A DNA stretch of 64,000 nucleotides from a virus. Its lineage: Duplodnaviria; Caudoviricetes. A program made the position numbers and the translations under genes. Each line of letters begins with the position of its first letter. The stretch's first letter is position 1. A model generated the notes under the pieces. That model was not told the DNA's origin, did no database searches, and saw only the letters and a program-made list of their open reading frames with translations. The stretch covers positions 1-64,000 of the IMG/VR virus record IMGVR_UViG_2974513524_000001; one strand, written 5' to 3'. Below are positions 28,792 through 37,329 of this stretch, in pieces.

Positions 28792-28946
28792 GTACTGATC
28801 GGGCTATTGCAGACATTCTATCCTCGCTGACAGCATTCAAACGGTATCTGGACAAAGGCCATGTTGATTCAGCACTGGTCTACTTGGACTCCACTACCGA
28901 GAAGCTCCAAGCCTTGAAACAAAAACTGGAAGAAGCCAATGATTAA
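28788..28946 (+). CDS. Small hypothetical protein (52 aa; not in the ORF track)
   Basis: ATGA overlap with the dut stop; MSTDRAIADILSSL...; fills the gap to the next ORF. Confidence 0.6.
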   Translation: MSTDRAIADILSSLTAFKRYLDKGHVDSALVYLDSTTEKLQALKQKLEEAND

Positions 28947-29235
28947 GGTTCAACGAACCAGTCCAGTGTATCTGGCTATCCAGTACACCGGTAACATCGA
29001 AGAACTACAGACTGCTTTGGCAGACATCAAAGTAAAAACCCGTGTCACCTCGCATCAGCGTATTGGTGATGACGAAGCTTTGTATGCCATGGTGGAGTTT
29101 GACGGCCAGGACCAGCCTACTTTTGTACAGAAAGGTGAATGGCTGTTGTTCAATGAAGCCAGCAACAATCTTGTGAGTACTATCTCACAATATGGTTTCA
29201 GCTTCGCTTTCAAGGAGGTTACCAATGAAACCTAA
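28939..29235 (+). CDS. Hypothetical protein (IQYTG..KGEWLL family)
   Basis: Overlaps the upstream stop; shares motifs with ORFs at 32.9-33.6 kb. Confidence 0.7.
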   Translation: MIKVQRTSPVYLAIQYTGNIEELQTALADIKVKTRVTSHQRIGDDEALYAMVEFDGQDQPTFVQKGEWLLFNEASNNLVSTISQYGFSFAFKEVTNET

Positions 29236-29343
29236 TGACGAACACGACGCTTTGATTTAAAGTAGCGTCGGACACCAAAGTATTCCTAACGGGATGTTGT
29301 AAACATAGTGATTCAAAATGCCGGGAGCGGCGAGCGTCATAAT

Positions 29344-29375
29344 AAGGGGACCAGAAATGGTCCCCTTTTCTATTT
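29344..29375. terminator. Probable bidirectional terminator between convergent genes
   Basis: AAGGGGACCA-GAAA-TGGTCCCCTT flanked by A-rich and T-rich tracts. Confidence 0.75.
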
Positions 29376-29376
29376 C

Positions 29377-30102
29377 TTACGGGAAGCCTTTTTGACGGCG
29401 CTTCCAGTTATCAGCTACATCATCGATATCAGTACCATCAGCTTCCAAGCGTTGGCACTCGGCAAGGTACTTGCCCCAGTAGTTGTTACCCTCGTGCACT
29501 GTCTCAGGGCCAAAGCCCTGTGGGTTGTGCAAGCGACTGGCTACGAACAAGCACAGTGCATGCATGTACACGTAGTCCAATTCTACGTAGATGGTTTCAA
29601 AGTCTGTCTCCCAGTTATTACACGACTGCAAGAGATCAGCATTCATTCGATACGTGACAAACAGTTCACGTACACCACGATCATTCCAATGAGCTTCAGG
29701 CACACCGAGTACGTGAGTACTTTGGGTGTAGACACTAAAGCGTCCGTCATGACCATTGAGGCTGAGTTGTCGCCCGTGGTAGTCGGTAACCTCTGTGATC
29801 TTTAACAGGTTTTGTTTAACCCGCGTACCTTCTGCATCAATGAACTGCACAGTACCTGGTGGTGCTGGGTTACCTTCTTGGAACATAGGCAGAATAGGGT
29901 AGGTCACCTGCCCAGGAATCAAGTTGATCTTGATCTTACCTTTCTTGAGCAAGAATCGCGTATGCAGATCTGTCAAAGCCAAGTTGATACTGGTGCGCAG
30001 CTTAGCTTGGTGCTCTACCTTCAGCTTACCCAATTCATCGAACAGGGAAAGGTTGTTAAGCTCCCCTGCTTGTAGCGTAGTGAGAATATCACTGAGTTTC
30101 AT
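29377..30102 (-). CDS. Head-tail adaptor, N4 gp67-like
   Basis: GELNNLS..INLALTDLHTRF..ALCLFVASR motifs; downstream of terminase. Confidence 0.85.
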   Translation of the reverse strand: MKLSDILTTLQAGELNNLSLFDELGKLKVEHQAKLRTSINLALTDLHTRFLLKKGKIKINLIPGQVTYPILPMFQEGNPAPPGTVQFIDAEGTRVKQNLLKITEVTDYHGRQLSLNGHDGRFSVYTQSTHVLGVPEAHWNDRGVRELFVTYRMNADLLQSCNNWETDFETIYVELDYVYMHALCLFVASRLHNPQGFGPETVHEGNNYWGKYLAECQRLEADGTDIDDVADNWKRRQKGFP

Positions 30103-30104
30103 AT

Positions 30105-31745
30105 CTACCCTCCGAGGTAGCTCTTAAGTGGGGATGGATTATCTGTAGGTTTGCTGGCACCCCAGTAACCGCCGAAGTCATTGTACTCCAGATCCTCAGA
30201 GCCACTCGGTGCAAATGGTTTCATTACACTGAGCATACTGATCGTATCCAAGAAGTCATCTTTCTTGGAACGGAAGCCAGAAGGCGAGGCCAGTGATACC
30301 TCGTTGTACATCTCCAGCATGATTGGCTGTTGCTGCTTCTCTTTAGGGAAGTAGATCTTCTTCAGCTTGAACAACGGAACCACTGTGTGGAATCGTTGAA
30401 TCTTGTTCGTCAGTGGTCGAATACCCGGCGAGTTGCTATTGCTATCTGAAGCCAGATTGAAATAGATATTACGACGGTTCATCTCAGACATAATCCAGTC
30501 AACGAACGCACCTTGCTGACCAGACACCTCAATGCCTACAGACATTGGCTTCCACTTGGAAACAAAGGTGAATAGATCATTAATGTTTGAGTTCATGTCC
30601 TGTCGAACACATACCCCGTCACACCAAAACCAGTCGCCATTATTGTTGTACGCCCATACGCTGATCACCGAGAAGTCGTTAGCTGTCTTGCTTGTAGTAG
30701 CGAAGTCAGTGGTGATGTAGAAGTTAAAGTTGCTTCGGTTCTCAAAGAAATTTCGAGACTGGTACCACTGGATATCACTATCCAGAACCATACGATCTTC
30801 ATCCGACATGATTCGCAGCATAAGTTCTTGGTTGAATGTATCGACCTTGCCGGCTAGCACAGACTTACGATACTTCTCTTCAACGTGTCGGTAGTTGAAA
30901 CGATCAGGCCACGCCCCCACGAATTCATCTTCGTTGACGGGGAAGGACTCGCATACCGGGTACACGTTTACTTCCCACGCCCCACTTTCTACTGCTTTGT
31001 ACAGTGGATCTTTTGCGTTAAAGGGGGTACCAGACCATACAATCATGTTCTTCTTAGGGTGAAGCGCGTAATCAATAGCCTTGTACACAGTATCCTCAAT
31101 AGAGGCGATTACTGTAGCGGATCGTGCATCTTCATCGGATAGTAAGTCATCGAGTACTGCAAGTTGTGGTCGAGTACCCTGCTCTTTACTACCCCGGACC
31201 CCTGTCTTGGCACCGTAGCCTTTGATGATGAATGTGTTCCCCATAATATTGGTGAACTCCCAGCGAATGTCTGTGAACTTGACGCCATCGCTGCCATCCT
31301 TCTTCTTCTTGGGCAAATACTTCTGTAAAAACGCGGAGTTCTCCCAACGATACTCCAAGTTCTTACGCATGTTCTTCACGCCGTTCTCAATAGAGTCCGA
31401 TACGTACAGTGCTAGGTTGATCTTGCCAAACCCCGGCAGCTTCCCGTACACAGCGATGTACAGAAACAAATACTCGCCAAGCACAGTGGTCTTGCCAGAA
31501 CCCCGGAACACCATGTTGGCAATACGTCGTTGATCACTGTCATTACTGACTAGTGTGTCCAACATCCGCATATGTAGTACAGGTGTCTTGTTTTCCTCAC
31601 CTTCGCCTCCGTTCACCAGCTTGATAAACGTAATGAACTCCAAAGCAAACAGACTCGGAACATAATCCGGGTCTTCTTTGTAGTCTACATTACGTAACCA
31701 TTCCTCAACCGTAGGGAAGATCTGGTCTTCTAGAGCTGTGCTCAT
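30105..31745 (-). CDS. Terminase large subunit, N4 gp68-like
   Basis: FRGSGKTT Walker A, LAVLDDL Walker B, nuclease motifs TTDFAT and DDFLDTISML. Confidence 0.95.
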   Translation of the reverse strand: MSTALEDQIFPTVEEWLRNVDYKEDPDYVPSLFALEFITFIKLVNGGEGEENKTPVLHMRMLDTLVSNDSDQRRIANMVFRGSGKTTVLGEYLFLYIAVYGKLPGFGKINLALYVSDSIENGVKNMRKNLEYRWENSAFLQKYLPKKKKDGSDGVKFTDIRWEFTNIMGNTFIIKGYGAKTGVRGSKEQGTRPQLAVLDDLLSDEDARSATVIASIEDTVYKAIDYALHPKKNMIVWSGTPFNAKDPLYKAVESGAWEVNVYPVCESFPVNEDEFVGAWPDRFNYRHVEEKYRKSVLAGKVDTFNQELMLRIMSDEDRMVLDSDIQWYQSRNFFENRSNFNFYITTDFATTSKTANDFSVISVWAYNNNGDWFWCDGVCVRQDMNSNINDLFTFVSKWKPMSVGIEVSGQQGAFVDWIMSEMNRRNIYFNLASDSNSNSPGIRPLTNKIQRFHTVVPLFKLKKIYFPKEKQQQPIMLEMYNEVSLASPSGFRSKKDDFLDTISMLSVMKPFAPSGSEDLEYNDFGGYWGASKPTDNPSPLKSYLGG

Positions 31746-32185
31746 TTCTTCTCCCCGAGACCCCAAAATTTCTTATAGCCCCCCTCGGCATACGCCTTGG
31801 CTTCGTCCTCAGTCTTGAAACTACGATACTCACCAGACTTCATGGCGTACTCAAAAGCGTCACGATCACCCAACTCCACAAGCTCATTGGCTTTCTTGGG
31901 TTGCACGATAGTTGGATACGCTACATAACGCCCATCAGTCTCACCATATGCCATACGATGTGTAGACACACTACCGTCGTCATTGGGTATTGCAGGATAT
32001 TCATTTGGTTTCAGTACCCGCTTCTCAAAGTTCAGCTTGGTATTGAGATCAATAGTCGGACTTTGAATCCGACTACCTCCATCACGAATCTGATTGTCTT
32101 CCTCAGTACCCCACTTGGCCAACATACCAAGAGGCTTATCGTCATCTTCTACCAGCCCAGTAGGGCGCCATTGGTTAGGAGTCAT
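31742..32185 (-). CDS. Hypothetical protein between the terminase subunit genes
   Basis: ATGA-type overlaps at both ends; NDDGSVSTH..YPTIV..FKTEDEA motif. Confidence 0.75.
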   Translation of the reverse strand: MTPNQWRPTGLVEDDDKPLGMLAKWGTEEDNQIRDGGSRIQSPTIDLNTKLNFEKRVLKPNEYPAIPNDDGSVSTHRMAYGETDGRYVAYPTIVQPKKANELVELGDRDAFEYAMKSGEYRSFKTEDEAKAYAEGGYKKFWGLGEKK

Positions 32186-32898
32186 ACCTGTTTCCCTGTG
32201 TCATTATCAAAAGTCAGAGAATGCTCGGCCACCCCCACTGCTGTGGTGCGCTTCTGACGTATCTGCTCTTGCTGCATCTCTACCAATGCCATAGTAGATT
32301 CGTGCAAAGCCTTGATAGCATCGTTGGCTTCAGTACTAACATCAAGTTCAACCTTAGCTTTCTCAGGCATCTTCAGGTGCGTGAGGATACTATTAGCCGC
32401 ATCAGTACGAACCTTCTCACTCTGTGCACTGACCATCAGTTCAGCCTGCACATTGAGCGCCTTCTGATACATATCTTGGTTTAAGATCCAAGATGGGATC
32501 AGACTCTGCTCCATAATGGCAGACACAAGCTTGCCCTTGTTATAGGCAGTCACGTAGCTGGCAATATCCTTCGGGCTAACACCACGATTCACGAAGTCCT
32601 GATAACGATCAGGAAACGTAAGGGTATACGCCTCAATGTTGGTCTTACCCATAACCTTATACGTGCAGTACTTAACAGCATTCACATAGCTCTCAAGCTT
32701 GTGCTTACCATCGTTCATTACACTCGTGTAACCGATCAGGTTCTCACGAAAGGTTTCATGCAAGTTCACATCGCTGATCATGTTGATCACACCAGCAACA
32801 ACCTCCTTCGACACAGACTTCTTCATCTTGTCAGGCAGAGCAGCCTTGAACTGTTCAACAGTCATCTGTTGTTCAGGGGTATACGGTACAAGGCTCAT
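32182..32898 (-). CDS. Terminase small subunit, N4 gp69-like
   Basis: YVNAVKY, FPDRY, SEKVRTDAANSILTHLK.PE motifs; upstream of TerL. Confidence 0.85.
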   Translation of the reverse strand: MSLVPYTPEQQMTVEQFKAALPDKMKKSVSKEVVAGVINMISDVNLHETFRENLIGYTSVMNDGKHKLESYVNAVKYCTYKVMGKTNIEAYTLTFPDRYQDFVNRGVSPKDIASYVTAYNKGKLVSAIMEQSLIPSWILNQDMYQKALNVQAELMVSAQSEKVRTDAANSILTHLKMPEKAKVELDVSTEANDAIKALHESTMALVEMQQEQIRQKRTTAVGVAEHSLTFDNDTGKQV

Positions 32899-33170
32899 AC
32901 AGCCTCCTTGAATTCAAATAGATTATGTACGTCGGCATCATCAATGTGCCAGACAGTGCAGCTTGCAGTACAGATCACCCAGTCTCCAGCGTACACAGGC
33001 CACCACCTGCCGGTGATTACCTTCACCTCAAAGGGGCTTCGCTCAGTAGGCAGCTTGGCATTGCCAGCCTTCACCACAGCTTCAAACCATGGAGGAATGG
33101 GGCCTAGTGGTCCCTTGTACTGGAAGCCCGTCATAACCTGCCCAGTGCGCTTAGAAGTAAAGGCAGTCAT
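32895..33170 (-). CDS. Hypothetical protein (FQYKG..AGDWVI)
   Basis: Translationally coupled ORF. Confidence 0.7.
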   Translation of the reverse strand: MTAFTSKRTGQVMTGFQYKGPLGPIPPWFEAVVKAGNAKLPTERSPFEVKVITGRWWPVYAGDWVICTASCTVWHIDDADVHNLFEFKEAV

Positions 33171-33349
33171 TTGTATGGCTTCTGAAAAGTAAGTACATCG
33201 TCTTCAACAGTGAAGACAACACCAACAGGTACAAGCTCACCCTTGTAGGTCAGCTTACCTCGTTCATCGTAGTCAAAGTCTGTAGACCACATAGCCAGTA
33301 TCTTGGTCACGGACTCAGCTGTGCCTGTGTATTCAACAGTAGTAGTCAT
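33167..33349 (-). CDS. Hypothetical protein (VEYTG..)
   Basis: Translationally coupled ORF. Confidence 0.65.
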   Translation of the reverse strand: MTTTVEYTGTAESVTKILAMWSTDFDYDERGKLTYKGELVPVGVVFTVEDDVLTFQKPYK

Positions 33350-33567
33350 TTGACCACCACTAGCACAGACGTGCGCTTAATCCAGACAGTCTGGCCAGGT
33401 TCAACATATAGGTCACCAGCAGGCAGCTCTATACGAACATGACCAGTAGAACCTAGCTTAACGATGGACCAACCCTTACCAGCAGGGCCAAACCATTCAG
33501 TTAGGCAGTCAGTCAGGGCACTGAAGTTATCAGCAGAATACTGAAGTGTAGAAGCTGCGTGAGTCAT
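33346..33567 (-). CDS. Hypothetical protein (LQYS..VEPGQTV)
   Basis: First gene of the minus-strand late block; SD AGG. Confidence 0.65.
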   Translation of the reverse strand: MTHAASTLQYSADNFSALTDCLTEWFGPAGKGWSIVKLGSTGHVRIELPAGDLYVEPGQTVWIKRTSVLVVVK

Positions 33568-33599
33568 AGTTAACCTATAGGTAGAACATAGTTCGCCAT

Positions 33600-33750
33600 A
33601 GTGTACAGGATTAAAAAAATTTTATGGGGAAATCGGGTTAGGGGAAATTTTATTGTTGGAAGACGAATGCAGTACTTAAGGTATGGGACCGTAAAACCGA
33701 AACCGTCCCCCCCTACCTCATCGTGAATGAGTTTTCTCATTACCCTACCC
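33600..33750. other. Probable genome terminus / terminal repeat region
   Basis: Divergence point between late (minus) and early (plus) genes; A/T/G runs and a C7 tract just before the first hairpin promoter. Confidence 0.5.
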
Positions 33751-33770
33751 CACCTACGGTGCTGTCATGA
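33751..33770 (+). promoter_or_regulatory. Candidate vRNAP early hairpin promoter 1
   Basis: CACC-TAC-GGTG-CTGTCATGA; template C-GTA-G triloop. Confidence 0.6.
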
Positions 33771-33795
33771 CTACCACCTCATGGATGTACTACCT

Positions 33796-33870
33796 ATGAA
33801 CTACTACGCTATTGCTGGTGCCTGTGCGCTAGCTACTGTGTGTGTACTGTTGTACCTCATCGTACTGTAA
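33796..33870 (+). CDS. 24-aa hydrophobic peptide (not in the ORF track)
   Basis: MNYYAIAGACALATVCVLLYLIVL; shares the leader GTACTACCTATG with the next gene. Confidence 0.5.
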   Translation: MNYYAIAGACALATVCVLLYLIVL

Positions 33871-33889
33871 GGCTACGCCTATGTAGTGG
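33870..33889 (+). promoter_or_regulatory. Candidate vRNAP early hairpin promoter 2
   Basis: AGGC-TAC-GCCT-ATGTAGTGG. Confidence 0.7.
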
Positions 33890-33925
33890 ATACCATGTGG
33901 TGTCTACTACTCTGGAGTACTACCT

Positions 33926-34216
33926 ATGTTTGCAATGATCCGTCAATTCTTCGCTATGTTCTCTTCCCTGTTCTCCGCAGGTGAGAAGCTGGCTAACGGC
34001 CTCAACCATGCTGCATCCTTCGTCGAAGGTGAAGCTGCTGGCTTCAACGAACGTACCTCTCTGGCTCGCTCCCAAGAGCTGAAGAAACTCCGTTCCATGT
34101 ACACCATCGAAGATCGTGAGCTTGCTGCTGCTGACGCTATCTCCGCTCGTGACCTCGACAAAACCCTGCGTGAAACTGCCGTAAAACAAGGTAAAGCCGC
34201 TACTGCTGCTGCCTAA
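33926..34216 (+). CDS. Early protein, positional N4 gp1-like
   Basis: First sizeable early ORF; SD GGAG; amphipathic helical; strong codon bias. Confidence 0.65.
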   Translation: MFAMIRQFFAMFSSLFSAGEKLANGLNHAASFVEGEAAGFNERTSLARSQELKKLRSMYTIEDRELAAADAISARDLDKTLRETAVKQGKAATAAA

Positions 34217-34223
34217 TCCACCT

Positions 34224-34245
34224 TAGGGGGACTTCGGTCCTCCTA
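34224..34245 (+). terminator. UUCG-capped hairpin (terminator or processing site)
   Basis: TAGGGGGAC-TTCG-GTCCTCCTA; no U tract. Confidence 0.5.
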
Positions 34246-34267
34246 TCCATAATCTAGGAGTATATCC

Positions 34268-34459
34268 ATGCGTACTATCATCGCTATCCTTGCTGGCATT
34301 GCTATCTTCATGTATGCCGATCTCGCTCTATCCTATGAGCTTATTGGCTATGGCCTCACACCTTACATCGCTGTACCTGCAATCATCGCTATCTTAGCCA
34401 TGACTACCTTTGCGTTCTGCGCTGAACACAAACGCTTCATGTTCAACCTCTCCAACTAA
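34268..34459 (+). CDS. Small membrane protein
   Basis: Two hydrophobic segments; SD AGGAG. Confidence 0.7.
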   Translation: MRTIIAILAGIAIFMYADLALSYELIGYGLTPYIAVPAIIAILAMTTFAFCAEHKRFMFNLSN

Positions 34460-34492
34460 CCTCATTCCTTCGGGAGTGGGGTTATCCCTTTT
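34458..34492 (+). terminator. Terminator hairpin
   Basis: AACCTCATTCC-TTCG-GGAGTGGGGTT followed by ATCCCTTTT. Confidence 0.65.
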
Positions 34493-34710
34493 AAAAGCAC
34501 ACAACACGTCACACAACCAACACACATCGTAGACAGTAGGATTATCAAGGGGATAGTTATTCATAAGTCATCTCCTAATCACTCTAGTGATCCTACATAC
34601 GAGAGATAGGTAGGGATATTCGGGGCAAAGTAGTACTTGTGTGGTACATCCTCCCAATTCCGATATCCTACCTATGTACATCCTCAATTCCGGTATTCAC
34701 CGATAAACTA

Positions 34711-34730
34711 AAGCTACGCTTCTGTAATGG
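34711..34730 (+). promoter_or_regulatory. Candidate vRNAP early hairpin promoter 3
   Basis: AAGC-TAC-GCTT-CTGTAATGG. Confidence 0.7.
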
Positions 34731-34763
34731 TATTTATATAGTCCATTCTGAGGTGTTATCACT

Positions 34764-34976
34764 ATGTCTTTGACTCTTATCCTCCTGCCTTGCATTCATG
34801 CATCCGATACAACCATTGAGCTGCCGGTCTCTGATCGTGCTCAAGCTGTTGCAGTGGTTCAGGCATATGGTATTGACCGTCTGGATCATGCGGCTCTTGT
34901 GCGCTATCACAAGGACGTTACAGACGGTTCTCCATACGAAGAACTCATGACCCTTCACGATTTCATTACTGCTTAA
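34764..34976 (+). CDS. Hypothetical early protein
   Basis: SD GAGGTG; in the early operon. Confidence 0.65.
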   Translation: MSLTLILLPCIHASDTTIELPVSDRAQAVAVVQAYGIDRLDHAALVRYHKDVTDGSPYEELMTLHDFITA

Positions 34977-34979
34977 GAG

Positions 34980-35267
34980 GTGTATATGTCCACTCTTCCA
35001 GATGTACCAAATAACAAGATCGTATCCATTCACGTGCAAACCACGCGTCTTACTGGCGCTGGTGTTGAGGTCATCTCTTATCGTGATAAGGGTGATAAGG
35101 CTACTCACTGGTCTATCTATCTGCGTAAGGCAGATGGTTCGGTAGTGTGGGTAAGTGACATTCCAATTGGTACTGGTCACCGTGCCAATAACTACTACAG
35201 TGAAGCCGTGCTTGCAGCTGCCAAGTTGTCTATGGAGCATAAGGCGTTCATAGAACAAATCCAATAA
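34980..35267 (+). CDS. Hypothetical early protein
   Basis: Tandem ORF; HWSIYLR motif; start may be the ATG at 34986. Confidence 0.65.
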   Translation: MYMSTLPDVPNNKIVSIHVQTTRLTGAGVEVISYRDKGDKATHWSIYLRKADGSVVWVSDIPIGTGHRANNYYSEAVLAAAKLSMEHKAFIEQIQ

Positions 35268-35272
35268 GTCTT

Positions 35273-35491
35273 ATGGCTAAGACTAAATGGTATTTCATTG
35301 ACGACAATGGGGATGTTCAAGTTAGTTATGACTTGAATTCCTTATGCCATACAGGCTACAGACAAGCTATGCATGGAGCTACTTACGATCCACATTGGCG
35401 TCGTAAGGACATAGACAGAATATCTTCTGTTTATATAGAAAATACTGAAGTCCCTCAACTAATCTTAATGGCTCATTTAATAGGTGTATAA
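35273..35491 (+). CDS. Small protein with C-terminal PxxLxMxxLIG tag (member 1)
   Basis: Ends EVPQLILMAHLIGV. Confidence 0.7.
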   Translation: MAKTKWYFIDDNGDVQVSYDLNSLCHTGYRQAMHGATYDPHWRRKDIDRISSVYIENTEVPQLILMAHLIGV

Positions 35492-35493
35492 CC

Positions 35494-35931
35494 ATGGCTG
35501 CTCGCGTAAATAACTATCACGTTGTAATCACCACTGCTATTGCTACCTTTGCAATGTCACGCCCTATTCAGGATAGTCCTGATATGGTCAATTGGGTGGC
35601 TAAGCAGATTTCTGAAACCAACAATGCTGATGTAAGCATTTACCTTAATGGTGTGTGCAAGGCTCAGCATAAAGTATTTGCAGATGGTCATGTACCAGCT
35701 GTATGGACTCACACTCCACTGCCTGTTGGTATGGCCGCTGCTGCACTTCAAACCAAGTTTGAAGAACGCGCTGCTGTTGTACTGGGTGATGCTGACTCAG
35801 GCACCAACTTCGCTTTGTGGAAGTCAGGAACTCATAGCAATGCGGACAATCGTTACATTGATCCAACTGTGCGTGCTGCTTGGATGATGTATGTCGATCA
35901 AGCCATCGAACACTTCGTCGCTACTAAATAA
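35494..35931 (+). CDS. Hypothetical early protein
   Basis: Tandem ORF; C-terminal FE..YIDPTVRAAWMMY element. Confidence 0.7.
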   Translation: MAARVNNYHVVITTAIATFAMSRPIQDSPDMVNWVAKQISETNNADVSIYLNGVCKAQHKVFADGHVPAVWTHTPLPVGMAAAALQTKFEERAAVVLGDADSGTNFALWKSGTHSNADNRYIDPTVRAAWMMYVDQAIEHFVATK

Positions 35932-35942
35932 GGAGATACACC

Positions 35943-36263
35943 ATGGTTGCTACTCAATTGCCTAAAGGCTGCAAGTTCGTTCGTATGGAAGATGCCGGTC
36001 GCTTTGCGCTGCCTCCTGAAGCCATCGTGGTACATGCTGGTCTCATTGATGAATTGGTGAAAGGTGATTATGTAAAGATCACCGTTGACTTCGGTGAAGC
36101 CAGTGAGAAGTTCTGGTGTGACCTGATGGGTTATGACCCTGAAACAGGGCTCATGGAACTGCGTGTAGCCAATGATTTGGTGTACGCCAAGTTCCATGGG
36201 CTTGATGATGGTCACATCATCATAGTTGAAAAACAATACCTCTGTGCTGCTATCAAGGAGTAA
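35943..36263 (+). CDS. Hypothetical protein (GDYVKI..EKFW motif, DUF2314-like)
   Basis: SD AAGGAG; motif resemblance only. Confidence 0.65.
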   Translation: MVATQLPKGCKFVRMEDAGRFALPPEAIVVHAGLIDELVKGDYVKITVDFGEASEKFWCDLMGYDPETGLMELRVANDLVYAKFHGLDDGHIIIVEKQYLCAAIKE

Positions 36264-36266
36264 ACC

Positions 36267-36560
36267 ATGATCCTGTCTGCCCTGATGTATGTCTGCATTC
36301 AAACTGCGGATGGCAACCGTGAGTGTGATGTTCGTGCTTCGCGTCGAGTTGACGTAGTAAGTGAAGACAGTTGCACTAAGCAACTCAACACTGCTGTAGT
36401 TGAGTTAGTTAAACATACACTCAAAGAAGAAGGAGGTACTGTAATTACCAAGACGTATGTTAAATGCATGCGGATTGGAGACTATACAGCCTCACTCCGT
36501 GAGGTTCCTGTAACGCTGGAGAGCTTAGGCTACTCCACAGTCGTACTATCCTTCTTCTGA
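36267..36560 (+). CDS. Hypothetical Cys-containing protein
   Basis: SD AAGGAG. Confidence 0.65.
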   Translation: MILSALMYVCIQTADGNRECDVRASRRVDVVSEDSCTKQLNTAVVELVKHTLKEEGGTVITKTYVKCMRIGDYTASLREVPVTLESLGYSTVVLSFF

Positions 36561-36570
36561 GGTACTTAAT

Positions 36571-36771
36571 ATGGATGCCGGTAAAATACTTTTGTTCGGG
36601 GTACTTATGTGCCTCGGACTGGTAGCCTCTACCATCGAAGTTCAAAAAGTGGATGCAGGTGGCAATAAACCAATTGAGTTGGTGTATGGCCCTGATATCC
36701 ACGGTGTAGTTTGTTATCGCGATGCGCGTAACTCCTACGGTGATCCACTTTCCTGCGTAAAAGCGTACTAA
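36571..36771 (+). CDS. Small exported or membrane-anchored protein
   Basis: N-terminal hydrophobic stretch; GVVCY..LSCVK motif. Confidence 0.65.
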   Translation: MDAGKILLFGVLMCLGLVASTIEVQKVDAGGNKPIELVYGPDIHGVVCYRDARNSYGDPLSCVKAY

Positions 36772-36772
36772 G

Positions 36773-36952
36773 ATGGTTACTGCAATTTGCGTAGGACTAC
36801 TACTCTGGCTGATATTCATCGGCTGGGTAGTAGTCACTGGTGATGATCGGCCAGAGGATGTTCCTTCAATCTTCCTGTTGTTGGTTATCAGCGTCTCATT
36901 CTGTGTTGTTGTTCAACACTTCGGTTCAATGCTTATTGGAGCAATAGCATGA
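36773..36952 (+). CDS. Small membrane protein (59 aa; not in the ORF track)
   Basis: MVTAICVGLLLWLIFIGWVVV..; ATGA overlap with the next ORF. Confidence 0.55.
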   Translation: MVTAICVGLLLWLIFIGWVVVTGDDRPEDVPSIFLLLVISVSFCVVVQHFGSMLIGAIA

Positions 36953-37329
36953 TCTTCGTATTCGGTAGTAACTTGGCTGGTCGCCATGGTGCAGGTGCAG
37001 CAGCGTATGCATATAACCATGAGGGTGCTGTATATGGTCAAGGCATTGGCCACTTTGGTAATAGCTATGCTATTCCAACCAAAGACCACAACATCCAAAC
37101 CATGGAGCTGGTGGACATTCAACAATGTGTTGAGTTGTTCATTCAGTATGCTGAGTTGAACCCTGACCTTAAGTTCAAGGTAACTCGCATTGGCTGTGGT
37201 CTGGCTGGCTACAAGGACGAGGACATTGCACCAATGTTCTCTAAAGCACCATCCAACTGCTGGTTCGATCAAGTATGGTTTACGCACTTGCCTGAACCTA
37301 ACAGCCGTAACTACTGGGGCACCATGTAA
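36949..37329 (+). CDS. Macrodomain-like phage protein (A1S_2505-type family)
   Basis: IFVFGSNLAGRHGAGAA..SYAIPTK..VTRIGCGLAG signature. Confidence 0.8.
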   Translation: MIFVFGSNLAGRHGAGAAAYAYNHEGAVYGQGIGHFGNSYAIPTKDHNIQTMELVDIQQCVELFIQYAELNPDLKFKVTRIGCGLAGYKDEDIAPMFSKAPSNCWFDQVWFTHLPEPNSRNYWGTM

